Below, in pieces: positions 9,539 through 19,379 of a stretch of DNA of 64,000 nt. Where the stretch lies: positions 33,273 to 97,272 of the forward strand of contig ONGP01000010.1 of NCBI GenBank assembly GCA_900317405.1. Reading direction: 5' to 3'. The notes below the pieces were generated by a model. That model made no database searches and was not told the origin of the DNA. It saw nothing but the letters and a program-made list of their open reading frames with translations. How positions within the stretch are numbered: the first letter of the stretch is position 1; each line of letters opens with the position of its first letter. The stretch is from an uncultured Prevotella sp. GTDB taxonomy: Bacteria; Bacteroidota; Bacteroidia; Bacteroidales; Bacteroidaceae. A program made the translations under genes and the position numbers.

Positions 9539-10714
9539 ATGAATTCACAGAGTACGCCCGTACATATAAGATTGTGGCATAAGGACTTCTGGCTGATGGC
9601 AATAGCCAACTTCCTGCTGGCCATGACGGTATATATGCTGGTACCCACGATGCCTAAATGGTTGCTGGAAACCCAGCAATTCAGTATGACTGATGCCGGC
9701 ATCGCTATGGGAGCATTCGGAGTAGGGCTGTTTTTGCTTGGAGCATTCATTTCATATCTGGTTCAGCACTATCGCCGTAATCTGGTATGCATATATGCCG
9801 TAATAGCTGAGGCATTGCTGATAGGAGCGATTTACTATATCGACGGATTGCATATGCGTGTGGCCGATCCTATGATAGTCATCGTACAGCGATTGGCCCA
9901 GGGTGCTGCATTCGGACTGGCTCAGATGGTACTTACCAGTACGCTGATTATAGACACAAGTGAATCGTTCCAACGTACCGAAGCTAACCACTCTGCAGCA
10001 TGGTTTTCGAGATTTGCTTTGAGTATGGGACCTATGGCAGGACTGCTTATAGGTCGTCTGGCAGGTTTTCACTATGTGCTATTGAGCACGATAGCTTGTG
10101 CCCTAGCAGTAGTAGTACTGGTGTTGGTGGTAAACTTCCCATTCCGCGCTCCGCAAGACGACATCCCCACGGTAAGTCTTGACCGATTCTTCTTGCCTCA
10201 CGGATTCCCACTGTTTGTAAATCTGCAGCTCATTACGATTGCTGTAGGTATAATATTGAGTGTGGTATTGAGCGAGCATTTCTACTCGATGATGATGGTG
10301 GGATTTGCTGCTGCCATACTTAGTCAGAGGTTTGTGTTTAAAGATGCCGAGTTGAAGAGCGAAGTTGTGACAGGACTGATACTTATCGGTGCCGCACTGC
10401 TGATGATGATTACCCGTAATCTGCCTATAGTAATGATGGCTGCTCCATTGTTTATCGGTATGGGTACAGGTTTGATCGGATCGCGATTCTTGCTGTTCTT
10501 TATCAAACTGAGTCGCCACTGCCAGCGTGGTACATCGCAAAGTACATTCCTACTAGGATGGGAGAGTGGTATCGCTTGGGGAGTAGGTATAGGCTTGGCT
10601 GTATTTCAGGGCGATACATCGCAGGCTTTAACGGCTGCATTGGTATTGGTGGTTGTAGCACTTGCTATGTATCACTTTACACATAACTGGTTTACTAATA
10701 ACAAAAACAGATAA
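9539..10714 (+). CDS. MFS transporter
   Basis: About 12 hydrophobic segments; LWHKDF N-terminus typical of Bacteroidetes MFS. Confidence 0.8.
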   Translation: MNSQSTPVHIRLWHKDFWLMAIANFLLAMTVYMLVPTMPKWLLETQQFSMTDAGIAMGAFGVGLFLLGAFISYLVQHYRRNLVCIYAVIAEALLIGAIYYIDGLHMRVADPMIVIVQRLAQGAAFGLAQMVLTSTLIIDTSESFQRTEANHSAAWFSRFALSMGPMAGLLIGRLAGFHYVLLSTIACALAVVVLVLVVNFPFRAPQDDIPTVSLDRFFLPHGFPLFVNLQLITIAVGIILSVVLSEHFYSMMMVGFAAAILSQRFVFKDAELKSEVVTGLILIGAALLMMITRNLPIVMMAAPLFIGMGTGLIGSRFLLFFIKLSRHCQRGTSQSTFLLGWESGIAWGVGIGLAVFQGDTSQALTAALVLVVVALAMYHFTHNWFTNNKNR

Positions 10715-11502
10715 TGAATATGGAGGCTAATTGGCGTAAGTTTATCCACGATATCGTGAAGACGCCTAAGGTGAGTACGGGATCGCGTATTTATGGCGCA
10801 GTGATGCTGATGGCCATTGTTATTGGTGTGTTCCCGCTGATGTTCCGTCATTATAATGAGTTATTCTGGTGGATGGATCTGATATCGAGTCTGCTGTTTA
10901 TCATCGACTATTTCTTCAGATGGTGTACTGCAGATTTTGAATCTAAATACAAGGATTGGCGTGCCTACGTGGTGTATCCGTTTACACCAATGGCCATTAT
11001 CGACTTACTATCAATCCTGCCTGTATTCAATATGGTATCGCCAACGTTCAAGGTGGTCCGTGTATCGCGCCTTCTAAAACTATTGCGTATATTTAAGGTG
11101 GTAAGATACTTTGAACCTCTGATGGTTATCGTGGCCGTTATCCGTAAGCAGGGCAAGATACTCTGGACTGTAGCATCGCTTGCACTATTCTATATATTCA
11201 TAACGGCGCTAATCATGTTTAATGCTGAGGAAGAGATAAATCCTGTCAATGGTCAGCCCTTGTTCCGTGACTTTTTCGATGCATTCTATTGGGCTGCATG
11301 TACGCTTACAACGGTAGGATATGGTGACCTTTATCCTATATCTAATACAGGACGTGTTATCAGTATTCTCTCGTCGATAGTAGGTATTGCTATCATTGCC
11401 CTGCCCTCAGGTATTATCACTGCGGGATATATGGACGAATTGAAACTGCGTAAGGATTTAAAGGAACGCGAAGAGAATGCTCCTTTAGCTTCGGCAGAGT
11501 GA
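10714..11502 (+). CDS. Voltage-gated-type potassium channel (ion transporter)
   Basis: TTVGYGD selectivity filter; S4-like RVSRLLKLLRIFK. Confidence 0.92.
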   Translation: MNMEANWRKFIHDIVKTPKVSTGSRIYGAVMLMAIVIGVFPLMFRHYNELFWWMDLISSLLFIIDYFFRWCTADFESKYKDWRAYVVYPFTPMAIIDLLSILPVFNMVSPTFKVVRVSRLLKLLRIFKVVRYFEPLMVIVAVIRKQGKILWTVASLALFYIFITALIMFNAEEEINPVNGQPLFRDFFDAFYWAACTLTTVGYGDLYPISNTGRVISILSSIVGIAIIALPSGIITAGYMDELKLRKDLKEREENAPLASAE

Positions 11503-14118
11503 TGCGAAGGGACACGTCTCGCATCGCCTACGATCATCAGTAGGCGTGAACTGCAACTCGGAATTGAGTATCTCGGCAAGCAGACTATCCAATCGATTAA
11601 TATATTCGTCTGAGTACGTAGCTATATCAGATACGGGTTCTTTTCCAATTTTAAGCGTCGGATCGTAATCTTCGCCTCCAGCATGCTGTATAAACATTAG
11701 ACAAGGAGATACTGCTTGTTTTATATTGGTACGAACTATATGAGCATAGAGGAACGTCTGCAGATAATAGTCGCTATGTTCGGCTACAGCCTCGGATGTG
11801 AAGATAGCCTCGATATTGGGCATAGGCTTAAGAACCTTTGAACCTGTCTTATAATCGATTACGCGAATATACTCTTTTCCTGATTCGCTGTCTATGATAG
11901 CATCCAGACGATCGATGATTCCGCCGACCTTAAGCGGTCCAACTGTACTATCAACCCACTTCTCAAGTCCAAGTATACGGAATGGTGTACGTTTGCGGTC
12001 GAACTCAAGGAGTTGGCGTATATACTTGATGATGACCTCGCGATTGATAAGTTGTAAACCATCAAGTGGCGGCAATGGGCGTGAAGGATCTTCTATTTTG
12101 AAGAGCTCCTGCTTAATAGCCTCGTCTACGCATCGTTCGATGGTGACCTCCTCTTTAAGCATATCATCAATCATCATCGAAGTGATGGTGTTCTGGGAGA
12201 ATCGCTCATAAAGCAGTTGTGCGGCCTTGTGGAATATGTTTCCAAACAGGCGATTGTCAATCATATCATCCTCTGTGCTATCCGGTTCGGAAATCTCGCA
12301 GACATAGCGGTAGAAGAATCGCAACTGACAACGTATGTAGGTGTTTATTGCCGTGGGACTGATACCTCCTTTGTTATTGGTAAAGCGCTGTTCCATTTGC
12401 CGTATAACCTCCGGTGTCTTCTTAATTGCTTTTGGAGAGTGTAGCTGTGGTGTCTGACCTGCCTTGAGGGTGTAGAACGAGATGGGTATCTTGTTCTCGA
12501 CCATAAGCTGTAACATAAAACGCGACATCTCTGCAGTCTTGCCATCGTTGGTAGCATTGTTGTAGAGTATGGTTACGTCCTTGGCACGTTGCAGTAGTCG
12601 GTGGAAATAGTGCTGATAGATGGCTACCTTGTAATCGACGGTAGTTAGTCCATAAGCTTTGCGCAGAGCATATGGAATGAACGACGTATCGTTGACGCCA
12701 CGCGGCATATTGCCCTCGTTGCACGAGAGAAGTAACACGTGGTCGAAATCAAGGTTACGTGTCTCGAGCACTCCCATCACTTGTATACCTTCTGCTGGTT
12801 CGCCGTGGAAGGGGATAGATGTGGAACCGATTAATTGAGTGATTAGTCGTTGCATAGTAATCACATCTACAGTAAGCGTACCGCTATCAACAAGTCCGCT
12901 TAACCTATTTAATAAGGTGTACATACGGAACAGGCTCTCAGTATCCAAAGGCGAATCGATGATATTGCTCTTAGATGTGGCGATAGTCTGGGTGATATTC
13001 AGTAGCCAATGTAGAAGTGGCTGAATCTCCATATATCGTTGATTGTAGAGATCATCGGGCATAAGTGATGCGTATGGATGGCGTTTAACAGTATCAATCC
13101 ATCTACGGGCAAACTGCTGCTTGCGTAGCGAGTAGCCATGCACCTGCATATTGATAAGTGTGGTGATAAGTGATGCTATCGAGGTCTGTGAAAGTGGATA
13201 TCCCGTCGTGATGTTTACTTTGTCCACACTTTCGGGCAGACAATGTATGACAGTTTGTAGCAGGCCTTCGTTGCAAAGTACTATTGCAGTCTTACGACCA
13301 TCGTTGATGCGATTACTATCAAGCCACTGACTTATGTATCGTGCCTGGATATTCTCGGTAGGAGCCGAGATGAAATTGATATGGGCAGGCGGAATGTCAT
13401 CGGAGTCTTGATAGAATAATGCCTTGCCCTGTGATTCTAATCTGCGGAAGAGTGTTTGCTCTACCTGCTGCATCAAGTTGAAACCTATAAACACATAAGT
13501 GTCGTACTCAAACTGGATGCTCTCATCGGTAGCAACTTTACGATACAATGCTCCCTCGTAGGCCATCTGTTTATCGGCCAGTTGTGCGTTATATTTTTGA
13601 TATATGTCGCCTATCTTACTCCATAGTCGCAGAAATCGCTCCTTGAGTTCGGAATTATGTTCTTCAGTGAAATTGCTGAAGAATCTTTTTATCATCTCAG
13701 TCTGTTCGGGAGTGAGATACGATGTGTCATCAAGTTCATGGATGTCGCTAAGGTTGGCCAGTACTTTATCTGCTGGAGCCATGTTCTTATCAAGATCATC
13801 AAAATCAGATAAAAGAAGTTGGCCCCAACCATAGAAGTGGTCCAATGTCTCATCGATACCCGTACATGCGGTAAATACGCGATGTAGTTCGCATACCAAC
13901 AGGATAGGATCGGCCACCTGGAGTGATGAGTGCGATCTAAACAAATCGCTGATAGTGATATATGCAGGACTCCAGATGGGTTTGCCTGCCAATCGGGCTA
14001 AATGCTCATTCAGAAAGAGCGATGCACGTTTGTTGGGGAACACCACAGCTACACGTGATAGATTGGTGCCGTATCTCGAAATCAAATCTTCGGCTACATG
14101 TTCTAGGAAACTCTTCAT
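11485..14118 (-). CDS. AddB/RexB-like PD-(D/E)XK nuclease
   Basis: VFPNKRA, ETRNLDF, ISPTAINTY, IDRLD, IDYKTG, terminal Cys cluster; coupled to the UvrD-type gene. Confidence 0.85.
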   Translation of the reverse strand: MKSFLEHVAEDLISRYGTNLSRVAVVFPNKRASLFLNEHLARLAGKPIWSPAYITISDLFRSHSSLQVADPILLVCELHRVFTACTGIDETLDHFYGWGQLLLSDFDDLDKNMAPADKVLANLSDIHELDDTSYLTPEQTEMIKRFFSNFTEEHNSELKERFLRLWSKIGDIYQKYNAQLADKQMAYEGALYRKVATDESIQFEYDTYVFIGFNLMQQVEQTLFRRLESQGKALFYQDSDDIPPAHINFISAPTENIQARYISQWLDSNRINDGRKTAIVLCNEGLLQTVIHCLPESVDKVNITTGYPLSQTSIASLITTLINMQVHGYSLRKQQFARRWIDTVKRHPYASLMPDDLYNQRYMEIQPLLHWLLNITQTIATSKSNIIDSPLDTESLFRMYTLLNRLSGLVDSGTLTVDVITMQRLITQLIGSTSIPFHGEPAEGIQVMGVLETRNLDFDHVLLLSCNEGNMPRGVNDTSFIPYALRKAYGLTTVDYKVAIYQHYFHRLLQRAKDVTILYNNATNDGKTAEMSRFMLQLMVENKIPISFYTLKAGQTPQLHSPKAIKKTPEVIRQMEQRFTNNKGGISPTAINTYIRCQLRFFYRYVCEISEPDSTEDDMIDNRLFGNIFHKAAQLLYERFSQNTITSMMIDDMLKEEVTIERCVDEAIKQELFKIEDPSRPLPPLDGLQLINREVIIKYIRQLLEFDRKRTPFRILGLEKWVDSTVGPLKVGGIIDRLDAIIDSESGKEYIRVIDYKTGSKVLKPMPNIEAIFTSEAVAEHSDYYLQTFLYAHIVRTNIKQAVSPCLMFIQHAGGEDYDPTLKIGKEPVSDIATYSDEYINRLDSLLAEILNSELQFTPTDDRRRCETCPFASLCRS

Positions 14119-17100
14119 ACTTCTTCAATCTTATTACTATACACATACCACAAGTAACCCTTGATGTTCTGATGTCCCATCGATGCAAGTAGGTCCATAT
14201 AGCCACGAACTTGCTTATGGTATTCTGGGTCAGGGTGTCCAAACTTGAAGTCGACTACTATCCACTCTTTGCCATCAGTCATCACACGGTCGGGTCGATG
14301 TTCTTTCACCTCTCCATTCTCAACCGACAGAATGGTGCACTCATTGAATAGAGTCCATCTAGACGAAAACCAAGAAGCAACACGTGGGTCAGACAGACGT
14401 TTGCGAAGCATCGTGGTAATGCGTTCGGCAGTCATCTCCTCATCGTAGAGTATACCCTCGAACTGCAATCGTTGCAAGGCTTCAGGTATGTCTTTCTCCG
14501 TTTGGATTGTAGAGAATATCTCATGGAGCACGCTACCTGCCTGGATGTATCGGTGTTGCTGATCGATATCATCGCCCATAATGAAATCGCGGCTTCGATT
14601 ACTCTGACGGAAGTTAACCATGCTGTCGTAGTTGCGGATAGAAACGGTGACAGGTTCTGATTCTTGCAAGAAGGGGTTCTTGCTAGGGCTTGTTATACTA
14701 GCTCCACAAGATTGGTTTGCACCATAAACCATTTCGCCAAATGTGAAAACAATCGATGCTTTGTCATCCTCCACACCATCAAGTAGGGCATCAGGAATAT
14801 CCTCTACTACTAGTGGTAGACACATCTCAATAAGTGCCGATCTGGAATTCTTTGCGCCACGTTTGCCGATGACGTTAAGGCTCTTTGCTGCACGAGTAAA
14901 TGCTACGTAAAGCAGGTTTAGATTGTCGACAGTATTCTGCAGATGTTCGTGCAGATAATCCTGTTCGTAGATAGTACCTATTAGTTTGTTCTGAGAATAG
15001 TCGATGGGCACAATAGGTAGATCGCTGAATGGCGCCTCCTGAGGCTGGCACCAGATAATGTTGTCTGTCTGCTTCTCTAGCGTCCAATCGCAGAATGGAA
15101 TGATGACATGGTCGAACTCAAGTCCTTTGGATTTGTGAATAGAGATAAGGCGTATACCATTGGCTTCATCACTCTGGATGGTCTTCTTGTAGAGCGACTC
15201 ATTCCATTCGTTAAGGAAACTCTGTATATCGGTAGTGTTCTGATTCACAAAGTCGGCTAGCTGATCGTAGAAAGCGCAGAGATATGCCCCCTGTCCCTCT
15301 ATGCGATGAAGTTCGAAGATAGAGTATATCTTCTCGGCCAACTCATATAGAGGTAGTGTTGATAGTTCATCGAAGTGTGCGATATATGCCTCGGGCAAAT
15401 AGTCATCGAGATTGTTGCCTGCAATCATGTACTCATTGTCGTTCAACTGTCGTCCCTGAATAGTACAGAGCCAAGTCTTTACTATCGATGCCTTTGTAAG
15501 TATATCGTCAGGATGTATCAATAACTGTAGGGCTTGAATCATCAGACAAACAGCACTTGAAGCGTCCAGACGGAATGCCTCATCGCTAACCACGTTAACC
15601 TTAGGTAGATGCTCAAGGAAATATTGGGCGATTAGTGGTATCTGATTGTTTATTCGTACCAATATAGCTATGTCCTTTTGCTCTACACCTTTGTCAATTA
15701 GTTCTTGTACGCTGTCAACAACGTTTTGCAGAACAGCCTGTTGGTAGTCTTCGTTGGGCAGCAGGGTTATAGTGATTCTGCCTTTATCTGGTCTGTTGTC
15801 AGGCACCTTCTGCTCTACGTCAGCATATGCTTTTTGTAGCTGTTCGCGTTCCGCGCAGTTAAGTTCGCCAAGTGCCTGATACTCTATTTTTGCGGCATGA
15901 CGAAAGAAGATATTGTTGAACGTGATGACGCGACGTGTAGAACGATAGTTGGTAGAAAGTGACTTTATCTCCATCAACATCTGATTGAACTGCTGTTCTA
16001 TGCCATTAAGCAGTCGCCAGTCACCTGAGCGCCAACGATATATGCTCTGCTTCACATCGCCTACTATCAGATTACTACCATTCTCATGACTCATGGTCTC
16101 CGTAAGTAGTACCTTGAAGTTCTGCCATTGTATGGTGGATGTATCCTGAAACTCATCAATCATAACGTGTTCCAGTTGTGTGCCAATCTTCTCGAAGATG
16201 AATGGTGAATCGCTACCATCTATAAGTGAGTGCAATAATTGCTGAGTGTCGCTAAGTAGGAAACGATTGTCAGTTTCGTTAAGTTCGCGCACCTTTCGCT
16301 CGATGCTGCTAAGCAATCGTAGCTGATTGAGATGGCGTAATGTAAGATTGGCTGATTGGAAAATCTTCCATTGTTGTTCGCGTGCATCAACTGCGTATCG
16401 CAGTATATCGCCAAGAGTGGTGTCGGCCAGTTGGACAATCTGCTCACGTTTAGGATGATTCTTGGCGCACCATTTCTCTGCATTATCAAGATGATTAGCT
16501 ACGGTTGTATTAACGATGCTAGGATCGAAATCGCCCTTCCTTATTTTGTTGAAGAAACTAGCTATACCACGCTGCTTGTTGCTCAGGTCGTCTATGGTGA
16601 GACCTTCGCTCTCTAGTGTGTCGAAGAAGGATTCGCCTATTTCCTTCATATGCTCCTCGGCAGCCTTGCGGAGTTCACGCAGATGTGTGGTGTAGTTCTC
16701 AAAGAATCCCTCTTCGCTCATTTTCTGATTGAGCGTATCACTTACCTCCTTATAATAGTCCTTGAAGATGTTTTGTCCAAACTTTTTTATCTGCGATATT
16801 ACATTCCATGTCTTGTCATCAGAGATGTTCTCCATGATGTATTTTAGAATCCACTGCAGCATCACATCTGTAGTGGTAAGGTCTTCGATAAGTTGGTCTA
16901 CGGCCAACTCCTCAACTTGATAGTCGTTCAGCCCGATGCGAAGATTAGTAGTCAGGTCAAGTTCACGTGCCATATTGCACAGTACACTCTGGAAGAACGT
17001 GTCAATAGTTTCTACACGGAAATAGTTGTAGTTATGTGTGAGATTGCTGAGTGCGATGCCTGCACGCTCTCTGATTACTCTAGTTTCGAGCCCTGTCTTC

Positions 17101-17345
17101 TCCAGGATGTTGGCCAGGTAGTTGTCCGACTCGGGTAGCTCCTTCCAGATGCCATACAGCTGACTGAGAATACGCATCTTCATCTCTTCAGTAGCCTTGT
17201 TGGTAAAGGTTACTGCCAGGATGCTACGATAGCTTTGTGGATTCTCCACAAGCAATCTGATATACTCGGTAGCTAGCGTAAAAGTCTTTCCGCTTCCTGC
17301 GCTAGCTTTGTATACGGTAAGTGGTCTTCTTGATTCGTTTACCAT
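14115..17345 (-). CDS. AddA/RecB-like UvrD helicase-nuclease
   Basis: ASAGSGKT, TFTNKA, IDEFQD, VGDVKQSIYRWR, HKSKGLEF, YVAFTRA, C-terminal DFKFG. Confidence 0.9.
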   Translation of the reverse strand: MVNESRRPLTVYKASAGSGKTFTLATEYIRLLVENPQSYRSILAVTFTNKATEEMKMRILSQLYGIWKELPESDNYLANILEKTGLETRVIRERAGIALSNLTHNYNYFRVETIDTFFQSVLCNMARELDLTTNLRIGLNDYQVEELAVDQLIEDLTTTDVMLQWILKYIMENISDDKTWNVISQIKKFGQNIFKDYYKEVSDTLNQKMSEEGFFENYTTHLRELRKAAEEHMKEIGESFFDTLESEGLTIDDLSNKQRGIASFFNKIRKGDFDPSIVNTTVANHLDNAEKWCAKNHPKREQIVQLADTTLGDILRYAVDAREQQWKIFQSANLTLRHLNQLRLLSSIERKVRELNETDNRFLLSDTQQLLHSLIDGSDSPFIFEKIGTQLEHVMIDEFQDTSTIQWQNFKVLLTETMSHENGSNLIVGDVKQSIYRWRSGDWRLLNGIEQQFNQMLMEIKSLSTNYRSTRRVITFNNIFFRHAAKIEYQALGELNCAEREQLQKAYADVEQKVPDNRPDKGRITITLLPNEDYQQAVLQNVVDSVQELIDKGVEQKDIAILVRINNQIPLIAQYFLEHLPKVNVVSDEAFRLDASSAVCLMIQALQLLIHPDDILTKASIVKTWLCTIQGRQLNDNEYMIAGNNLDDYLPEAYIAHFDELSTLPLYELAEKIYSIFELHRIEGQGAYLCAFYDQLADFVNQNTTDIQSFLNEWNESLYKKTIQSDEANGIRLISIHKSKGLEFDHVIIPFCDWTLEKQTDNIIWCQPQEAPFSDLPIVPIDYSQNKLIGTIYEQDYLHEHLQNTVDNLNLLYVAFTRAAKSLNVIGKRGAKNSRSALIEMCLPLVVEDIPDALLDGVEDDKASIVFTFGEMVYGANQSCGASITSPSKNPFLQESEPVTVSIRNYDSMVNFRQSNRSRDFIMGDDIDQQHRYIQAGSVLHEIFSTIQTEKDIPEALQRLQFEGILYDEEMTAERITTMLRKRLSDPRVASWFSSRWTLFNECTILSVENGEVKEHRPDRVMTDGKEWIVVDFKFGHPDPEYHKQVRGYMDLLASMGHQNIKGYLWYVYSNKIEEV

Positions 17346-19363
17346 CTTCTGAATAATTCAAATTCGATTTCTACGCCTATGCGGTCGAAATGGGTGTTGC
17401 GGAAACTGGCAAAGGCTCCGACAGAGATATATCGGTTTGTGAAGCCATAACCCAGTTCGTAGTATGGACGAGACTTTTCCAAAAGCACTGTGCTGAGATA
17501 AAAACGCTCTTTCTCAATATATTTGCCCACGTATGGCAACCATGTAGCCACCAACATGGGAGACTCATAGGATATGTTACCTCGCAGATAATAGTCTGAG
17601 CGGTTATACTCATGACTACTTAACAACTGGAAATTTCCGCTCCAGTCGTCGTCCCAGCCTTCTGGCAGATTTCTATCGCGGAAGTTGGTGTAGTCTACAA
17701 ACAGGTTGTCTTTCTTATTGGTATACATTCCAGCTCCAACTCTCAGGTTCAGTAGCCGCAGTCCAGGAATTTTCTTCTTCCATTGTGCATCAAACTCCCA
17801 TCGCTCGTACTCCAGATCAGATTTGTTTACCCCCTTAATACCTCGTTCGTAGTTGATAGATAATAGTGGTCCACGATTCAACCAAGGTAGGAATTTAAAT
17901 CCGATCAGAGGTGCAAAGCTGCGATACTCCGTAGGCATGTCATATTGGATCATGACATCCTTGTTTACTGCCGATCGCCTGTGATATATAAAACCTGCTT
18001 CAATGTCCACCCAGTCAAACAGCATGATGTTGTTCTTGAGACTTAGATGCTGATCATTAAAGCGATCAATGTTGGTGTTGTTGAAGTTGATAGTGTCCTC
18101 GTGCGCTTTGCTGATGACCTCTTGTACGCTTGAGTTGCTGATGCGATTGCCATTACCAAACTCCAGTTCTACATATCCGTTGCGTTTAGGGTTGTATGTC
18201 ATTCGTAGAGGCGCAGTAAAATAGAACTGGCGTTCCTTGAATGCGTATCCGAAAGTTGGGTTTAAAGTTAGGTATCGGTATCGTGAGAATGAGTATCGTG
18301 TACGGAATTTCATCTTATATCTCACTCCTCTGCTATGAGTATAGCTAAGATATAGTGGGTTGATGATTGGCGACATACTGAACGAGGCTTCTTCCGATTC
18401 TGCACTGATAGGTGTAACCAGGTTGTCACCGATAGTGTCCCAGAATATTTTTTTCCATAGTCTCTGTTTTTTTTCTTTTGGAGCTTGCTCGGTAGTGTCC
18501 TTCTGATGTGCAATGTCGTAGGCTTCATATATTTGCTTGTCAGTCTCTGACAAAGTAGACGGACGAACCTCGTCCATCAGTTCTCTACTCGAAACATTCT
18601 TGATTGAATCCGGAAGAGTCTTTTCGCAATTGTAGTTCGCGTCAAATAGTGCAGCAATCCTATTCCCCATGAATCTGAATGTTGCCGCTGTAGTACATTT
18701 TGCGGGCATCACAGAACGTACTCCTTCCTTGCCCAGAGTAATCTCAGTGCGTAAGGTTAGCATATCAAACTCTCCATTTAGCAGGGTACGTATTATGCGT
18801 CCCGTCTTGGTGTCCACTATCGCATAACCATTCAGTAGTTGGGTGTTATAGTTCTTTGGACGAAACTCCAGTCTTGTAGTACCGTCGCTCTGTAACTTTT
18901 GTGTGTAGCGATAGAATCGACGATTCACTTTGTTAAAGGGTGATAGCATATGTCCATCATACAGGTCGATATCATAGATATTGGGCGTCATATAATCAAG
19001 TAGCGTGGGCATAGTGCTGCGACTGATTGTACCGGCTTGTACCTGACTTGTGATATCGTATTCGTGAGCATTATTGAACTTAACCTTACTGTACGATTCT
19101 CGTATGTATTCCCTCTCATCCTTTGCCATTACATACATCGACGGTATTAGCCATAGTATAGGGTTACGTTTTTCTACATTGTAGCGGAACTTAGCATACA
19201 CTTGATCCTCTATACTGTCGATTGCTGCGTTGTTGGTCTGCTGATAATCATAGATACGATTCAGTATCAGCGAGTCACGTTTGTTCGCCGCTGATACACT
19301 GATGGTGATACTTATCAGTATCAAGGTCAGTAGGTTTTTAGTGAATAGTTGATCGTATCTCAA
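17339..19363 (-). CDS. Putative outer-membrane protein (DUF5686-like)
   Basis: Signal peptide; beta-rich C-terminus ending FELFRRW. Confidence 0.6.
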   Translation of the reverse strand: MRYDQLFTKNLLTLILISITISVSAANKRDSLILNRIYDYQQTNNAAIDSIEDQVYAKFRYNVEKRNPILWLIPSMYVMAKDEREYIRESYSKVKFNNAHEYDITSQVQAGTISRSTMPTLLDYMTPNIYDIDLYDGHMLSPFNKVNRRFYRYTQKLQSDGTTRLEFRPKNYNTQLLNGYAIVDTKTGRIIRTLLNGEFDMLTLRTEITLGKEGVRSVMPAKCTTAATFRFMGNRIAALFDANYNCEKTLPDSIKNVSSRELMDEVRPSTLSETDKQIYEAYDIAHQKDTTEQAPKEKKQRLWKKIFWDTIGDNLVTPISAESEEASFSMSPIINPLYLSYTHSRGVRYKMKFRTRYSFSRYRYLTLNPTFGYAFKERQFYFTAPLRMTYNPKRNGYVELEFGNGNRISNSSVQEVISKAHEDTINFNNTNIDRFNDQHLSLKNNIMLFDWVDIEAGFIYHRRSAVNKDVMIQYDMPTEYRSFAPLIGFKFLPWLNRGPLLSINYERGIKGVNKSDLEYERWEFDAQWKKKIPGLRLLNLRVGAGMYTNKKDNLFVDYTNFRDRNLPEGWDDDWSGNFQLLSSHEYNRSDYYLRGNISYESPMLVATWLPYVGKYIEKERFYLSTVLLEKSRPYYELGYGFTNRYISVGAFASFRNTHFDRIGVEIEFELFRRW

Positions 19364-19379
19364 AGTTGCTGTTCTTTTG

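Noticed and set aside
11485-17345. Helicase-nuclease pair as an anti-phage system
   Set aside because: Matches the housekeeping AddAB-like repair pair in a core operon with uvrA
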